NCBI GenBank assembly: GCA_951406725.2
Contig: OX597824.1
Location: 11,036,001 to 11,100,000 of the forward strand
DNA length: 64,000 bases
Direction of reading: 5' to 3'
DNA from: Octopus vulgaris
Taxonomy: Eukaryota
Below are positions 40,165 through 53,548 of the stretch, one piece after another. The notes beneath the pieces were generated by a model. That model saw only the letters and a program-made list of their open reading frames with translations, was not told the origin of the DNA and did no database searches. The position numbers and the translations under genes were made by a program. Within the stretch, counting starts at the first letter, position 1. Each line of letters begins with the position of its first letter.

Positions 40165-40289
40165 ATGTGTGTGTGTGTGTGTGTGTGTGCATGTATGTAT
40201 GTATATATTGTCATAGGTGATTATGATGTAATAATAAGATTTGAAGATCCCCCACCCATTTCAATCCTGATGTCTTTTGGAAAAAAATT

Positions 40290-40450
40290 TGGCTGTGTGG
40301 TAAGTAGCTTGCTAACCAACCACATGGTTCCGGGTTCAGTCCCACTGCGTGGCACCTTGGGCAAGTGTCTTCTACTATAGCCTCAGGCCGACCAATGCCT
40401 TGTGAGTGGATTTGGTAGACGGAAACTGAAAGAAGCCTGTCGTATATATG

Positions 40451-40489
<39 letters not shown>

Positions 40490-40710
40490 ATGTTTGTGTG
40501 TCTGTGTTTGTTCCCCCAACAGTGATTGACAACCGATGCTGGTGTGTTTACTTCGCCGTCACTTAGCGGTTCGGCAAGAGAGACCGATAGAATAAGTACT
40601 GGGCTTACAAAGAATAAGTCCCGGAGTCGAGTTGCTCGATTAAAGGCGGTGCTCCAGCATGGCTGCAGTCAAATGACTGAAACAAGTAAAAGAGTAAAAG
40701 AGTAAAGAGT
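40290..40710 (+). mobile_element. SINE family B, full length
   Basis: Complete head to (AGTAAAAG)n tail. Confidence 0.9.
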
Positions 40711-41429
40711 ATACACATGCACTTGTCAATGCTGAAATATTGAAAGTAAATGGAAATATCTCAGGCTGGAAATAAACTGGACTGTACGAAATATTTATAT
40801 ATTTATGTACTGAGTATGTTTAAATTTAAGGATCCAGTCAACCTGTACAATCATGGAAAGAGGACTGGTACAGAAGCCACAAAAAATACTTAGTGAAGAC
40901 AAACGTGCTTCTAAACATGGTATTCTGGCAATTTAATTAGAGACAAATTGTTCGTTGATTCTACCATGCATGCTACATTCCAGTCTCTGGCCATTAAATT
41001 AATTAGTCTATTTATTCAAATTTCTTATTTTGCAGTAATATCTGTTGTCTTTATATGGTGCAGTGATGCTTTGTCCCTAAAGATGGAAGGGGAATAACAG
41101 AAGCTGTATAAAGTGGGGGGGGGGGTAGCTTTGGTGCATTTGTACTGATAAGTAATACCAACAGGGAATAATGTAATGTAGAGCACCCTCCCCACCACCC
41201 ATATTATAAATATACTGCAATCTCAGTCAGTCCTTGACTACATGAACCAAACATCTAATAATTTTACCTACCCCTTGATTAGCTTTTCATATTATGGTTC
41301 TCTTTGTATAGTTGTTTTGTGCATGTTTTAAGTTAGCATTGTACACAGTATAGCATTGCCCCAGCATGGCCACAGCTCGTGAGCTGAAACTGGATAAAAT
41401 AAAATAAAATAAAATAAAATAAATACACA

Positions 41430-41862
41430 GGCATAGGAGTGGCTGTGTGGTAAGTAGCTTGCTTACCGACCACATGGTTCCGGGTTCAGTCCCACTGCGT
41501 GGCACCTTGGGCAAGTGTCTTCTACTATAGCCTCGAGCTGACCAAAGCCTTGTGAGTGGATTTGGTAGACGGAAACTGAAAGAAGCCCGTCGTATATATG
41601 TATATACATATGTGTGTGTATGTATGTTTGTGTCTGTGTTTGTGTATGTGTTTGTGTGTCTGTGTTTGTCCCCCCAGCATCGCTTGACAACCGATGCTGG
41701 TGTGTTTACGTCCCCGTAATTTAGCGGTTCGGCAAAAGAGACCGATAGAATAAGTACTAGGCTTACAAAGAATAAGTCCTGGGGTCGATTTGCTCGACTA
41801 AAAAGGTGGTGCTCCAGCATGGCCACAGTCAAATGACTGAAACAAGTAAAAGAGTAAAAGAG
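41430..41862 (+). mobile_element. SINE family B, full length
   Basis: Complete head to tail. Confidence 0.92.
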
Positions 41863-42690
41863 TATTTTGTTTTCCTGTGGCATTTATATTTGTGTGTGTC
41901 CTGGGTATAAATCTGTGTATATATTTCTCAACAAGCATTAAATATAATTATCAAGTGTTTGAACATGTGTACACGTTTTATATTATAAACACATACACAT
42001 GTATATGTATGTATAAGTATGTGTGTGTGTGATTCTTATATGCATGCATTTTTTAAAGTGTGTGTAATTATACATGTTTAACGAATAACATATTTGGTAA
42101 ATGTGTATTTGTGCAATGCTTTTATGTCTCTAATTAAGTCTGAGAGTTTTGGGGATTGAAGCATATAAGAGAACGGTGATGTGGGGGAGAGGATTCCTTT
42201 CCTCTCCTCCCTAACATCAATGCTGATCGCTATAAATTAGATAGAAGTCACTGAGATAAAAATGTACTTTTATCTTTTGCTCGGGTAAACCTGACTTATT
42301 ATACCACCCCCTTCACCACCACTCCCACATAAGACAAGAAACAAAACAAAAGCAAAACAAAAAAGAAGCTACTCATAAAAGAATGAGATTTACCGATTGT
42401 GAATTTGTGTCTCTTAGACAAAACGGCAGGTCAGCTGAATCTGGTGCATCAGGTTAGCTAACAGCTTTGGAATTTATGAACAAACAGTTAATGTCTTTGC
42501 TAGAAATAAAATAAGAACAGAAATCCTTACTAATGAAATGCTTTTCTTTTGTTTTCCTGGTAAAGATCATAAGATACCCAAAACTTCAATGAAGGTAAAG
42601 AGTATGGCAAACCCTTTTTTTTTTACTGAGAATGAGGTTCAAACTAGAGTTCAAAATCTGGTTTCTGTTCCTGAAGGGACTATTAAACTT

Positions 42691-42692
<2 letters not shown>

Positions 42693-42764
<72 letters not shown>

Positions 42765-43073
42765 CTTTCCCTCTCTCTCTCTCCCTCTCTCCCCCTCTCT
42801 TTCTTTCTCTCTCTCTCCCCTCTCTTTCTTTCTCTCTCTCTCTCTCTCCTCTCTCTCCCTCTCTCCCCTCTCTCTCCCTCTCTCCCCTCTCTTTCTCTCT
42901 CTCTCCCTCTCTCTCCCTCTCTCTCCCTCTCTCCCCCTCTCTTTCTTTCTCTCTCTCCCTCTCTCTCCCTCTCCTCCCCTCTCTTTCTCTCTCTCCCCCT
43001 CTCTCTCTTTCTCTTTCTCTCTCTCTCCCTCTCTCTTTCTTTCTCTCTCCCCCTCTCTCCCCCTCTCTTTCTT

Positions 43074-43105
<32 letters not shown>

Positions 43106-43136
43106 CCCTCTCTCTCTCTCTCACACACACACACAC
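42693..43136. repeat. (CT)n-rich polypyrimidine microsatellite
   Basis: Directly visible. Confidence 0.97.
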
Positions 43137-43311
43137 CCTTCCCCCTCACCTACACATTCCACCCCTGGTAAACCATATGCTAGTATGAGAAGAAATCAAT
43201 AAAGATATTTTATAACCCAAGACTTTCACAAGAAATCGTTATTTTAAGAATACTTTATTGTATTTTGTATTTAGCATCAGTCGTTTTCTCACCAACATCT
43301 GTTAAATTCAA

Positions 43312-44345
43312 AGTGCATTCCAGAAGTCTTGAGATTTTTACAGCAGAAACATTTATTAATTTCAAAAAAGTACAAAACTCTAATCTCTTTCAACATAGGA
43401 CCCTCTGACTTTGATGCACTTGTTGTGCTCCAGTCACTTTGTAATGGCCCCATCAAGTCCTCCAAAATGTTGTTCAGGACAGTTGTCATCAGGCTTCTTC
43501 AGCTTGGGGAACAATAAACTCACAGGGAGTAAGGTATGGACTATAGAGAGTGTGAGGGACAGTTTTGGTGCCTGTCACTGTCAAGTACCATAAATCCTCG
43601 AGTATAATCCGCATTTTTCCCCCAAAATTTAAAGGTCAAAATCCCTAGTGCGTACTATATACGAGGTTAAAAATGAAAAATATCTTCTAAGCAATGTCTG
43701 AGTCTCTATTTGCTGTCCGGCAATGTTTATTCAGACGCATTTTGTGATGTCGGGCACAAAAATACCTTAAGCTAAGCCTGAAAGCAATGAAGTCATAATG
43801 AATCATCCATAACTTGCAGTAAGCAACATTTATTAAACTTTATTACTGTTATTTCTTTATTTTCTGCAACCAAAATGCACAAAAAAGCTACACGCTTGCA
43901 TTATGTTATATATACAATAATAATCAAGGACGTTACCGTATATAGTTTTACAAACTAAGAACGTTATATAGACCTGCTTGACTCAAGTTAGAGAAGGGGT
44001 GCGTATTATACACAAGGTTTAGGTTTTTCAGAGGTACAGCCCCCTAAAAATTCCCTGCGTATTATTCTCAAAGGCGGACTATACTCGAGGATTTATGGTA
44101 GTTGGGTACCAGGATGGAATTGTGAACTGGTGCATTGCCCTGGTGCAAGTGCCATCAACCTGAGTGAAAGAGCTCAGGCCTTTTGTGATGAAATGTCTTC
44201 TGAACTCCCTCAAACCCCACACAAAGTACTCTATGTTGACTGTCTGGCCAGAGGGAACCCAGTTGATGTAGATGGTACCCTTGCTGTTGAGGAAGGGAAT
44301 CCTCATAAGCTTTCTACTGGGCTTACTTTGTCTGGCCCCTTGTGC
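43312..44345 (-). pseudogene. Mariner transposase fossil interrupted by a Tc2-like MITE
   Basis: ARQSKPSRKLMRIPFLNSKGTIYINWVPSGQTVNIEY.../KRPELFHSG*WHLHQGNAPVHNSILVPNY|LTVTGTKTVPHTLYSPYLTPCEF: decayed HQDNA and YSPDLAPCD motifs. Confidence 0.88.
43588..44098. mobile_element. Tc1/mariner-superfamily (Tc2/pogo-like) MITE
   Basis: TIR CCATAAATCCTCGAGTATA / TATACTCGAGGATTTATGG; TA TSD; sister copy at 55988-56509. Confidence 0.9.
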
Positions 44346-44877
44346 CAGCAAAAAAACAGATGCCCAGCTCATACAAGTTAATTCATAATCATTCTGTAGC
44401 ATTTTTTTTTCTCTAGTTTCATCTCAGAGTTGCAGCCATGCTGATGCATCGCCATTTTCTTAGTGCAACAGGGGTCGCCACCACCCCCTGCCGGAGCCTC
44501 GTGGAGCTTTATGTGTTTTCGCTCAATAAACACAAACAACACCCAGTCTGGGAACTGAAACCGCGATTCTCCAACCGCGAGTCTGCTGCCCTAACCACTG
44601 GACCATTGCGCATCCATTTCATAAATTTTTGTAGTATTTTTGCCCAGTTTAACACAAAACTTTACTGCATAGTGAGCTTCCAAATTGTTTTCACATCCTG
44701 ACTGCATTTTGCAAACAAGTCAGCTGTGATGATCAGAATTTAGTAGGATTTAAATTTAGTAGGATATAATCAAAGTGCTGTTACAGTCATCTCCTTTAAT
44801 CTGGAATGACAAAATTTGGCCAGTTAGCTTGTAATTGAAATACTAAACTTGATGGGGGCTTCACAAAGTGACTGGAC

Positions 44878-45250
44878 AAATGCGGATTATACTCGAGGAT
44901 TTACGGTACTTGACAGTGACAGGCACCAAAACTGTCCCTCACCCTCTCTATAGTCCACACCTTACTCCCTGTGAGTTTATTGTTCCGCAAGCTGAAGGAG
45001 AAGATGAAGAAGTCTGACGACAACTGACCTGAATACCATTTTGGAGGACTTAATGGGGGCCTTCACAAAGTGACTGGAGCACATCAAGTGCATCAAAGTC
45101 AGAGGGTCTTATGTTGAAAGATTAGAGTTTTGTACTTTTTTTAAATTAATAAATGTTTCTGCTGCAAAAAGTCTCAAGACTTCTGGAATGCACTTTGAAT
45201 TTAACAGATGTTGGTGAGAAAACAGCTGATGCTAAATACAAAATATTGCA
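44878..45250. repeat. Inverted duplication of ~43255-43615
   Basis: Reverse-complement match that includes the MITE end, the mariner 3' part and unique flank. Confidence 0.88.
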
Positions 45251-45555
45251 ATGAAATACTAAAAATTACAATAATCCCAGACAGTTATGCCTCTTTTAAA
45301 AAGTCTCAAAACTTCTGGAACGCACTATGTATGTCAAATATGTTTAAACTAATTTTACATACACACAAACATACACAAGGTTTGTTTTTTCCTATTGGAT
45401 TGCTGCCAAGTTAGAAGACTACTTTGAAGGCTTACAGTCAATCACATCAACTCAAGTATTTAAGGTCTGTTACTTATTTTATTGATTCTCTTTGTCAAAC
45501 CAATGCATTATGGGATTTAAACAAAGACCACTGAGTTTTGAGCAGTGTCAATGTA

Positions 45556-45917
<362 letters not shown>

Positions 45918-46152
45918 GTGTGTGCGTGTGTAAACCTACATAGTAGAAATACAAATATGGCAAATTTAACTCTTCCTCTGTAGATTGAAACAATGATGAA
46001 CTGCTTTAATTGATTGTAGGACCTTATTGAGTTCTCCTCAGAGGGGTCTACATCATTCGACCCAACCCCAGAAAAATAATCAGTAAATAACCAGTTTCAC
46101 TTGCACAGCTTTGCCAGTTTGAAGCTATTTAGAAGACACTTGCCTAAGATAC

Positions 46153-47730
46153 TTATTTCTTTACTACCCACAAGGGGCTAAACACAGAGGGGACAAACAA
46201 GGACAGACAAACGGATTAAGTGCGTAACTGGTAGTTAATTTATCGATCCTGAAAGGATGAAAGGCAAAGTCGACCTCAGTGGAATTTGAACTCAGAAAGT
46301 AGCAGCAGATGGAATACCACCTATTTCTTTACTACCCACAAGGGGCTAAACACAGAGGGGACAAACAAGGACAGACAAACGGATTAAGTGCGTAACTGGT
46401 AGTTAATTTATCGATCCTGAAAGGATGAAAGGCAAAGTCGACCTCAGTGGAATTTGAACTCAGAACGTAGCAGCAGATGGAATACCACCTATTTCTTTAC
46501 TACCCACAAGGGGCTAAACACAGAGGGGACAAACAAGGACAGACAAATGGATTAAGTGCGTAACTGGTAGTTAATTTATCGATCCTGAAAGGATGAAAGG
46601 CAAAGTCGACCTCAGTGGAATTTGAACTCAGAACGTAGCAGCAGATGGAATACCACCTATTTCTTTACTACCCACAAGGGGCTAAACACAGAGGGGACAA
46701 ACAAGGATAGACAAATGGATTAAGTGCGTAACTGGTAGTTAATTTATCGATCCTGAAAGGATGAAAGGCAAAGTCGACCTCAGTGGAATTTGAACTCAGA
46801 ACGTAGCAGCAGATGGAATACCACCTATTTCTTTACTACCCACAAGGGGCTAAACACAGAGGGGACAAACAAGGACAGACAAACGGATTAAGTGCGTAAC
46901 TGGTAGTTAATTTATCGATCCTGAAAGGATGAAAGGCAAAGTCGACCTCAGTGGAATTTGAACTCAGAAAGTAGCAGCAGATGGAATACCACCTATTTCT
47001 TTACTACCCACAAGGGGCTAAACACAGAGGGGACAAACAAGGACAGACAAACGGATTAAGTGCGTAACTGGTAGTTAATTTATCGATCCTGAAAGGATGA
47101 AAGGCAAAGTCGACCTCAGTGGAATTTGAACTCAGAAAGTAGCAGCAGATGGAATACCACCTATTTCTTTACTACCCACAAGGGGCTAAACACAGAGGGG
47201 ACAAACAAGGACAGACAAACGGATTAAGTGCGTAACTGGTAGTTAATTTATCGATCCTGAAAGGATGAAAGGCAAAGTCAACCTCAGTGGAATTTGAACT
47301 CAGAAAGTAGCAGCAGATGGAATACCACCTATTTCTTTACTACCCACAAGGGGCTAAACACAGAGGGGACAAACAAGGACAGACAAACGGATTAAGTGCG
47401 TAACTGGTAGTTAATTTATCGATCCTGAAAGGATGAAAGGCAAAGTCGACCTCAGTGGAATTTGAACTCAGAAAGTAGCAGCAGATGGAATACCACCTAT
47501 TTCTTTACTACCCACAAGGGGCTAAACACAGAGGGGACAAACAAGAACAGACAAATGGATTAAGTCGATTATATCAACCCCAGTGCGTAACTGGTAGTTA
47601 ATTTATCGATCCTGAAAGGATGAAAGGCAAAGTCGACCTCAGTGGAATTTGAACTCAGAACGTAACAGCAGACGAAATACGGCTACGCATTTCACCCGGC
47701 GTGCTAACGTTTCTGCCAGCTTGCCGCCTT
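46153..47730 (-). repeat. Tandem array of SINE A: eight 168-bp units plus one headed unit
   Basis: Unit starts at 46154, 46322, 46490, 46658, 46826, 46994, 47162, 47330 and 47498; outer TSD TGCCTAAGATAC (46141-46152 and 47732-47743). Confidence 0.95.
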
Positions 47731-48134
47731 ATGCCTAAGATACCACATAATAGGACCAAACCCCAAATCCACATGGTTCCAAAGTAAAATGCTTAATACA
47801 CAATCATGTCTGCATCTTTTATTGTATGTGGGTTCAAATGCTGCCAAGCTTGATTTTACTTTTCCTCCTTTCAGGCTTCATAAAATAAGAAACAGTTGAT
47901 AATTATGGTTGCTGTAATTAACTGTGCCCTCCCCAAACAACATCAGGCCTTTTGTCTATAGTGGAAAGGATTATCATATTGTAGACAGATCTATATGGAC
48001 TTAGGTAGTACAATTTTGGTTCATCTAAGCAAAATATTTAAATGCCGAGAGTGCTCAACAACTCAACAGATAGTTGGTGCTATGATTTTGTCTATGTGAA
48101 TTAAAGAAACAGGGAGAATAGATTTTACCTGCAT

Positions 48135-48361
48135 TAGCACTTTAGCATTTAATCCAGCTATATTTGGCTCAAATAATATACCTGTTTTATGTTAAAACTA
48201 ACCAAACTCCAACCTCTCACACCTACCTTACAATGTCTTTCTAAAAATACACAAACACACCATTGAAATTTTGAAGCTACAAAATAATGTGTGATTAATT
48301 CAAAACAATGTGAATAAATAAGCATCACAATTGACAAAGAAATCTGAATCCTAAAGGGTTA
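48135..48361. mobile_element. Degenerate piggyBac-like MITE
   Basis: Ends TTAG-CACTTTAGCATTTA ... TGAATCCTAAAGGG-TTAG resemble TTAA-CCCTTTAGCATT TIRs. Confidence 0.5.
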
Positions 48362-48384
48362 GACAAAGAAATTTGGAATATTTA

Positions 48385-48600
48385 TCTATTATATAAAATC
48401 CGTTCTGTCTGTCTGTGTGTGTGCCGTCTAGGATGTCAGGCATCCTCCATCCGATTGCGCTCAAATTTGATATGTGGATGCCGATGGTATCAGGGCATGT
48501 ATAAGTCTTGAAAAAATTACAAAAATCGATTCCAGGTGAGAATGCGATCAATAAAGCCGTTTCTGTCCTGCTTTTCTTCCGTCAACCTGTACATAACTGC
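48385..48600 (+). mobile_element. Possible non-autonomous Helitron 5' end
   Basis: A|TCTATTATATAAAA start followed by (CTGT)/(GT) repeats, typical of Helitron 5' termini; no CTAG 3' end found. Confidence 0.4.
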
Positions 48601-49529
48601 ACCTTCCATTTTTTGTTGTTTTTGTACTGCTTAAAGGAACATTTCTTTCCTGCCAAGCTTACTGTTTAAACCATGTTTGTGTTCTCCCAGTCAAAAGCCT
48701 TATCACTACTGGTACTTTAAACTCTTCGGTTGCATATTTGTGTGAATAAAATCGTTTTTCTTTGGAATAGAAAAAATGTCTATCTTTATTTCTTCTTTTG
48801 CTGGTGTCTCAAATTTAGGTTAAATCAGTGTTTCTCAAAGGGGAGGCCTATGGGACGGTCGGACAAGTTGTTTTGAGAAAATTTGGTTTAAATGTTTGAC
48901 AATTCAGCACCGTCCATTGGACAGGGGTGGGGTTGCGTTTTGCTCGTCTTATATACAATTGCTTGACCTGTTTTGCTATTACTGTTTATCTCATCACTCT
49001 TTCCACTTGTATCTTATCTGTATTTCTTTTAAGAAATTTCTCTCTGTCTCTCTTTCTATCACACTCTCTCTTTGCTGTACATATGTTTCTTTTCTCTCTC
49101 ATAACCCTCACCTCTCTATTGATAGAGTAGTTACCTCCACATCTTTACCTTAATGGCTTTTTACAAGACTAACGGCATAAAACAACTATGTATGTGTCTA
49201 TGAAAGGAAGTATGTTTAAACTGTATGTAAATGTTGGTAATTGCAGATACACAACTCTTTCTGTCTCTCACCAAACTCTGTCTTCTAACCAACACATCTT
49301 CTTGGCTGTTTGACAAACAACAAAGTGTACAGAGGCCAAGTAAGTAAATATTGTTTCCTAAAGTAATTCTGTACAGAGAGGATTATAAGTCAGTATAAGT
49401 GTATATTCAGTACCATCATTATCATTTTAGCGTCCACTTTTTGATAGTTTCATGGGTTGGACAGAATTTATTGAGGTGGGTTTCCTACAGCCTGATGCCC
49501 TTCCTGTTGTCAACCTTCTCCCATTTTCA

Positions 49530-49760
49530 TCATCATTATCATCATCATCGTTTAATGTCCACTTTCCATGCTAGCATTAGGTTGGACGATTTGACTGAGG
49601 ACTGGTGAATCAGATGGCTGCACCAGGCTCCAGTCTTGATTTGGCAGAGCTTCTACAGCTGGATGCCCTTCTTAACACCAACCACTCCGAGAGTGTAGTG
49701 GGTGCTTTTACATGCCACTGGCACGAGGGCCAGTCAGGTGGTACTGGCAACGGTCACAGA
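49530..49760 (-). mobile_element. RTE 3' UTR fragment
   Basis: GGATGCCCTTC...CCAACCACTCCGAGAGTGTAGTGGGTGC motif with (CAT)n. Confidence 0.8.
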
Positions 49761-50132
49761 AAATTGTATTTTTTTTTTACATGTGTAATTGGTGTAGAAT
49801 TTCATTGACCATTAAAGTATCAAAATAACATAAAGGAATAAAATCGATCCAGAAAATGTCCCAAATGGAATCCCCTGATGCCAATATTTCATGACTGATA
49901 TAGTTTGAGTCTGTGATCTGCTGCTGTTGTACTTAAGCAGTTTTTCCTATTCTCACTCATCTTGCACAAATATTTGTAATTTTTTAAATAATCTTATTTT
50001 TATAACTGAAAAAAAAAAACATCCAAAAAGAAAAAAAGAAAAAAAACAAACGAACAAACCAAATGGAGACTATACATACATACAATTGTATGGACATTTA
50101 TATACAACCATGCATACCACAGTCTTGCATAC

Positions 50133-51100
50133 CTATTTCTTTACTGTCCGCAAGGGGCTAAACACAGAGAGGACAAACAAGGACAGACACACGGATTAAG
50201 TCGATTATATCGACCCCAGTGCGTAACTGGTACTTATTTAATCAACCCCGAAAGGATGAAAGGCAAAGTCGACCTCGGCGGAATTTGAACTCAGAATGTA
50301 ACAACAGACGAAATACCTATTTCTTTACTGCCCTTAAGGGGCTACACACAGAGGGGACAAACATAGGCATACACATGGATTAAGTCGATTATATCGACCA
50401 CAGTGCGTAACTGGTACTTATTTAATTGACCCCGAAAGGATGAAAGGCAAAGTCGACCTTGGCAGAATTTGAACTCAGAACGTAACAACAGACGAAATAC
50501 CTATTTCTTTACTGCCCTTAAGGGGCTACACACAGAGGGGACAAACATAGGCATACACATGGATTAAGTCGATTATATCGACCACAGTGCGTAACTGGTA
50601 CTTATTTAATCGACCCCGAAAGGATGAAAGGCAAAGTCGACCTCGGCGGAATTTGAACTCAGAACGTAACAACAGACGAAATACCTATTTCTTTACTGCC
50701 CTTAAGGGGCTACACACAGAGGGGACAAACATAGGCATACACATGGATTAAGTCGATTATATCGACCCCAGTGCATAACTGGTACTTATTGAATCGAACC
50801 CGAAAGGATGAAAGGCAAAGTCAACCTCGGCAGAATTTGAACTCAGAACGTAACAACAGACGAAATACCTATTTCTTTACTGCCCTCAAGGGGTTACACA
50901 CAGAGGGGACAAACAAGGACAGACAAAGAGATTAAGTCGATTATATCGACCCCAGTGCGTAACTGGTACTTATTTAATCAACCCCGAAAGGATGAAAGGC
51001 AAAGTCAACCTTGGCAGAATTTGAACTCAGAACGTAGCGGCAGACGAAATGCCGCTAAGTATTTCGCCCGGTGTGCTAACGTTTCTGCCAGCTCGCCACC
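50133..51100 (-). repeat. Tandem array of SINE A: four 184-bp units plus one headed unit
   Basis: Unit starts at 50134, 50318, 50502, 50686 and 50870; outer TSD ACAGTCTTGCATAC/ACAGTCTTGCACAC. Confidence 0.95.
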
Positions 51101-52509
51101 TATACAGTCTTGCACACCTTAGACATAAGCAGACAACTTCACACATACATGCACACAGGTATATGCACATTAATTAACGTGTATGTGTGTGCATGTGTGT
51201 GTGTAATAAGACAAATAAGTGTGCATAGCCATACACACAGACGGACAAAAAGATACAGCAAAACACCTATACACTGTCATACATCTGTTTAATATTCATG
51301 AAAGAATGTCGTTTTATATCTGAAGAAGAAATAGTTTTTTGCCAAAACTGAAAAAAAAAAATCAAGTATACCATCTGAATAAATAAAAGAGAAAACACTT
51401 GACAAGAAAAGTACTTAACAAATAGGAAAGAAGTAGGAAAGTTTGTTGGAAAAACAAAAGTTAGAATTACTTAAGGATAGCCGGAGGGTGAGACAGGGAG
51501 CACAGCAAATATGGTGAGACGGCAGTGTTGTGTTCACACAATTTTTATAGTCATTAATCACTGTTATTTTCTTTGCTCTAAAATGGTAAAACAGCTTATG
51601 AGCTGCCTGAATAATAAGCATAATTTATCTTTCCACTCCTGTTATTGTTGTTTAGTGAGTTATTTCCTCATGACCGAAGAAAATTGGGGAAAAAATACCG
51701 TACAAGGATAATTATACTTAGCAATACAAGCAACTTTATTAACTCCTTTATCAACCCTTATAGTAGGTGCATGTTCAGTGCTATTGGTGATAGTGGCCCC
51801 TTCACTTGAGTTAAAAATGGGTTTTAGAATTTACCTCTGGTTGGTAATAGTTAAGCCAGAAAAGAAGCTGTAAATTAAACATTAAATTTTTGGCATCAAG
51901 TTCAAAAATGTTATCATTTTCTCCAACGAAGTTCTCTTTTATCTCAAATATCCTTGGGTTATTGGCTAAATTTTACTTCCAATTTATATTCTTAAATATT
52001 CATTATGCAGCTGTTACACTAGTCTTTGTTTCAAAATATCCCTAAGCTATGTTTAAATATCAAAAACATCCTTAGTTGTTAACCCTTAACTTCCTGTATG
52101 ACACAGTACTGTATGGGACTGCATTGGACAGTCGGTCCTGAAACATGTAATATCACAAAATCATACTAACCTTGCTTACATATATTTGAAAGAAGTAAGG
52201 ACTTCTCTAATGAAAGGGTAAAAAAAAAAAAAAGAAACTCTAGTTCCTTGTATTAATCATTTCTGTTCTGTAAGAAAATTTTTACAGGTCTGAGATTTTG
52301 ACTTAAAAAGTTTTTAACAAAATTTTAAGAGTTAATAAATTTTAGTAAAATCTTTGATAAAATGTTTAACCTGTTAGTATATTAATCTAGCCAATACATG
52401 AAACTTGGACCATGAGTCACTCTGTTTCTTCTGCTAAATATTGATTAAAATATACATATACTTGTATTTTGAGTTCTATTTTAAGTTAAATATATAAATA
52501 TATATATAT

Positions 52510-53540
52510 GACGCTATTATGCTTCACTGGATGTGTAATGTCAGTCAGTGTGCATGCAAGACAGAGGGAAGTGTCCTGAGAGAAAAGTTGGACATAAGAA
52601 GCATCAGATGTTGTGTGCAAGAGAGACAACTGCATTGGTATGGTCATGTGATGCATATGGATGAGGACAGCTGTGTGAAGAAGTGTGACACTGTAACAGT
52701 GGAGGGAACCTGTAGAAGAGGTAGACCCAGGAAGAGATGGGATGAGGGAGTGAAGCACAATCTTTGAATGTTGGGTCTCACAGAGGCAATGACAAGTGAT
52801 CGAGACCTTTGGAGATATGCTGTGCTTGAGAAGACCCATCAAGCCAAGTGAGATCATGTAGTGATGGCCAATGCCAGTGTCATTTAACTGACCTGTTAAA
52901 AGCACCCTTCAATTGTTGGGTGATAGGCTGTGCTTGTGAGGACCTACTGAACCAAGTGCAATTGTAATCAGGGCTAATACCAGTGCTGGCACCCATGCTG
53001 GTGACACGTAAAAAGCACTGTTCGTGTGTTGGGCCTCATAGAGGCAGTGACATCATGCCGAGTGAGATTGTAGTCGTGGCTCATTAAAAGCACCCTTCAA
53101 TCATTGGGTGATATGTTGCGTTTGTGAAGACCTGTTGAACCAAGTGAAATCATAGTTGTGGTCAATTCCAGTGCCATCTAAATGGCATCCATGCCAGTGG
53201 CAGATAAAAAGCACCATTTGAGATTTGGATCTCATGGAGGCAGTGACAGGTGACTGAGACCCTTGGCGATATACCATACTTGTGTTCACCTGTCAAGCCA
53301 TGTGAGACTGTAGTCATGGCCAATGCCAGTGTCGGGTCAATGGCACTCGTAGTGGTAGCATATAAAAAGTACCCACTACACTCTTGGAGTGGTTGGCATA
53401 AGGAAGGGCATCCAGCGGTAAGAAACCTTACCAAATCAGATTGGAACCTGGTGCGGCCCCCTGCCCGGCTTACCATTTTTCAGTCAAACTGTCCAACCCA
53501 TACCAGCATGGAAAGTGGACATTAAATGATGATGATGACG
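52510..53540 (+). pseudogene. 5'-truncated RTE-clade LINE: ORF C-terminus plus repeat-containing 3' UTR
   Basis: ORF 52519-52767 contains LHWYGHVMHM...RRGRPRKRWDEGV, the RTE C-terminal LRWxGHV...GRPxxxW signature; ends in (TGA)n. Confidence 0.9.
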
Positions 53541-53548
53541 ATACATAT

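Noticed and set aside
41287-41883. 198-aa ORF and the recurring LLSVSVYQIHSQGFG peptides
   Set aside because: Antisense translations of SINE family B.
46153-47730. CRISPR-like regular array
   Set aside because: The units are wholly repeated SINE bodies with no unique spacers, in a eukaryotic context with no cas genes.
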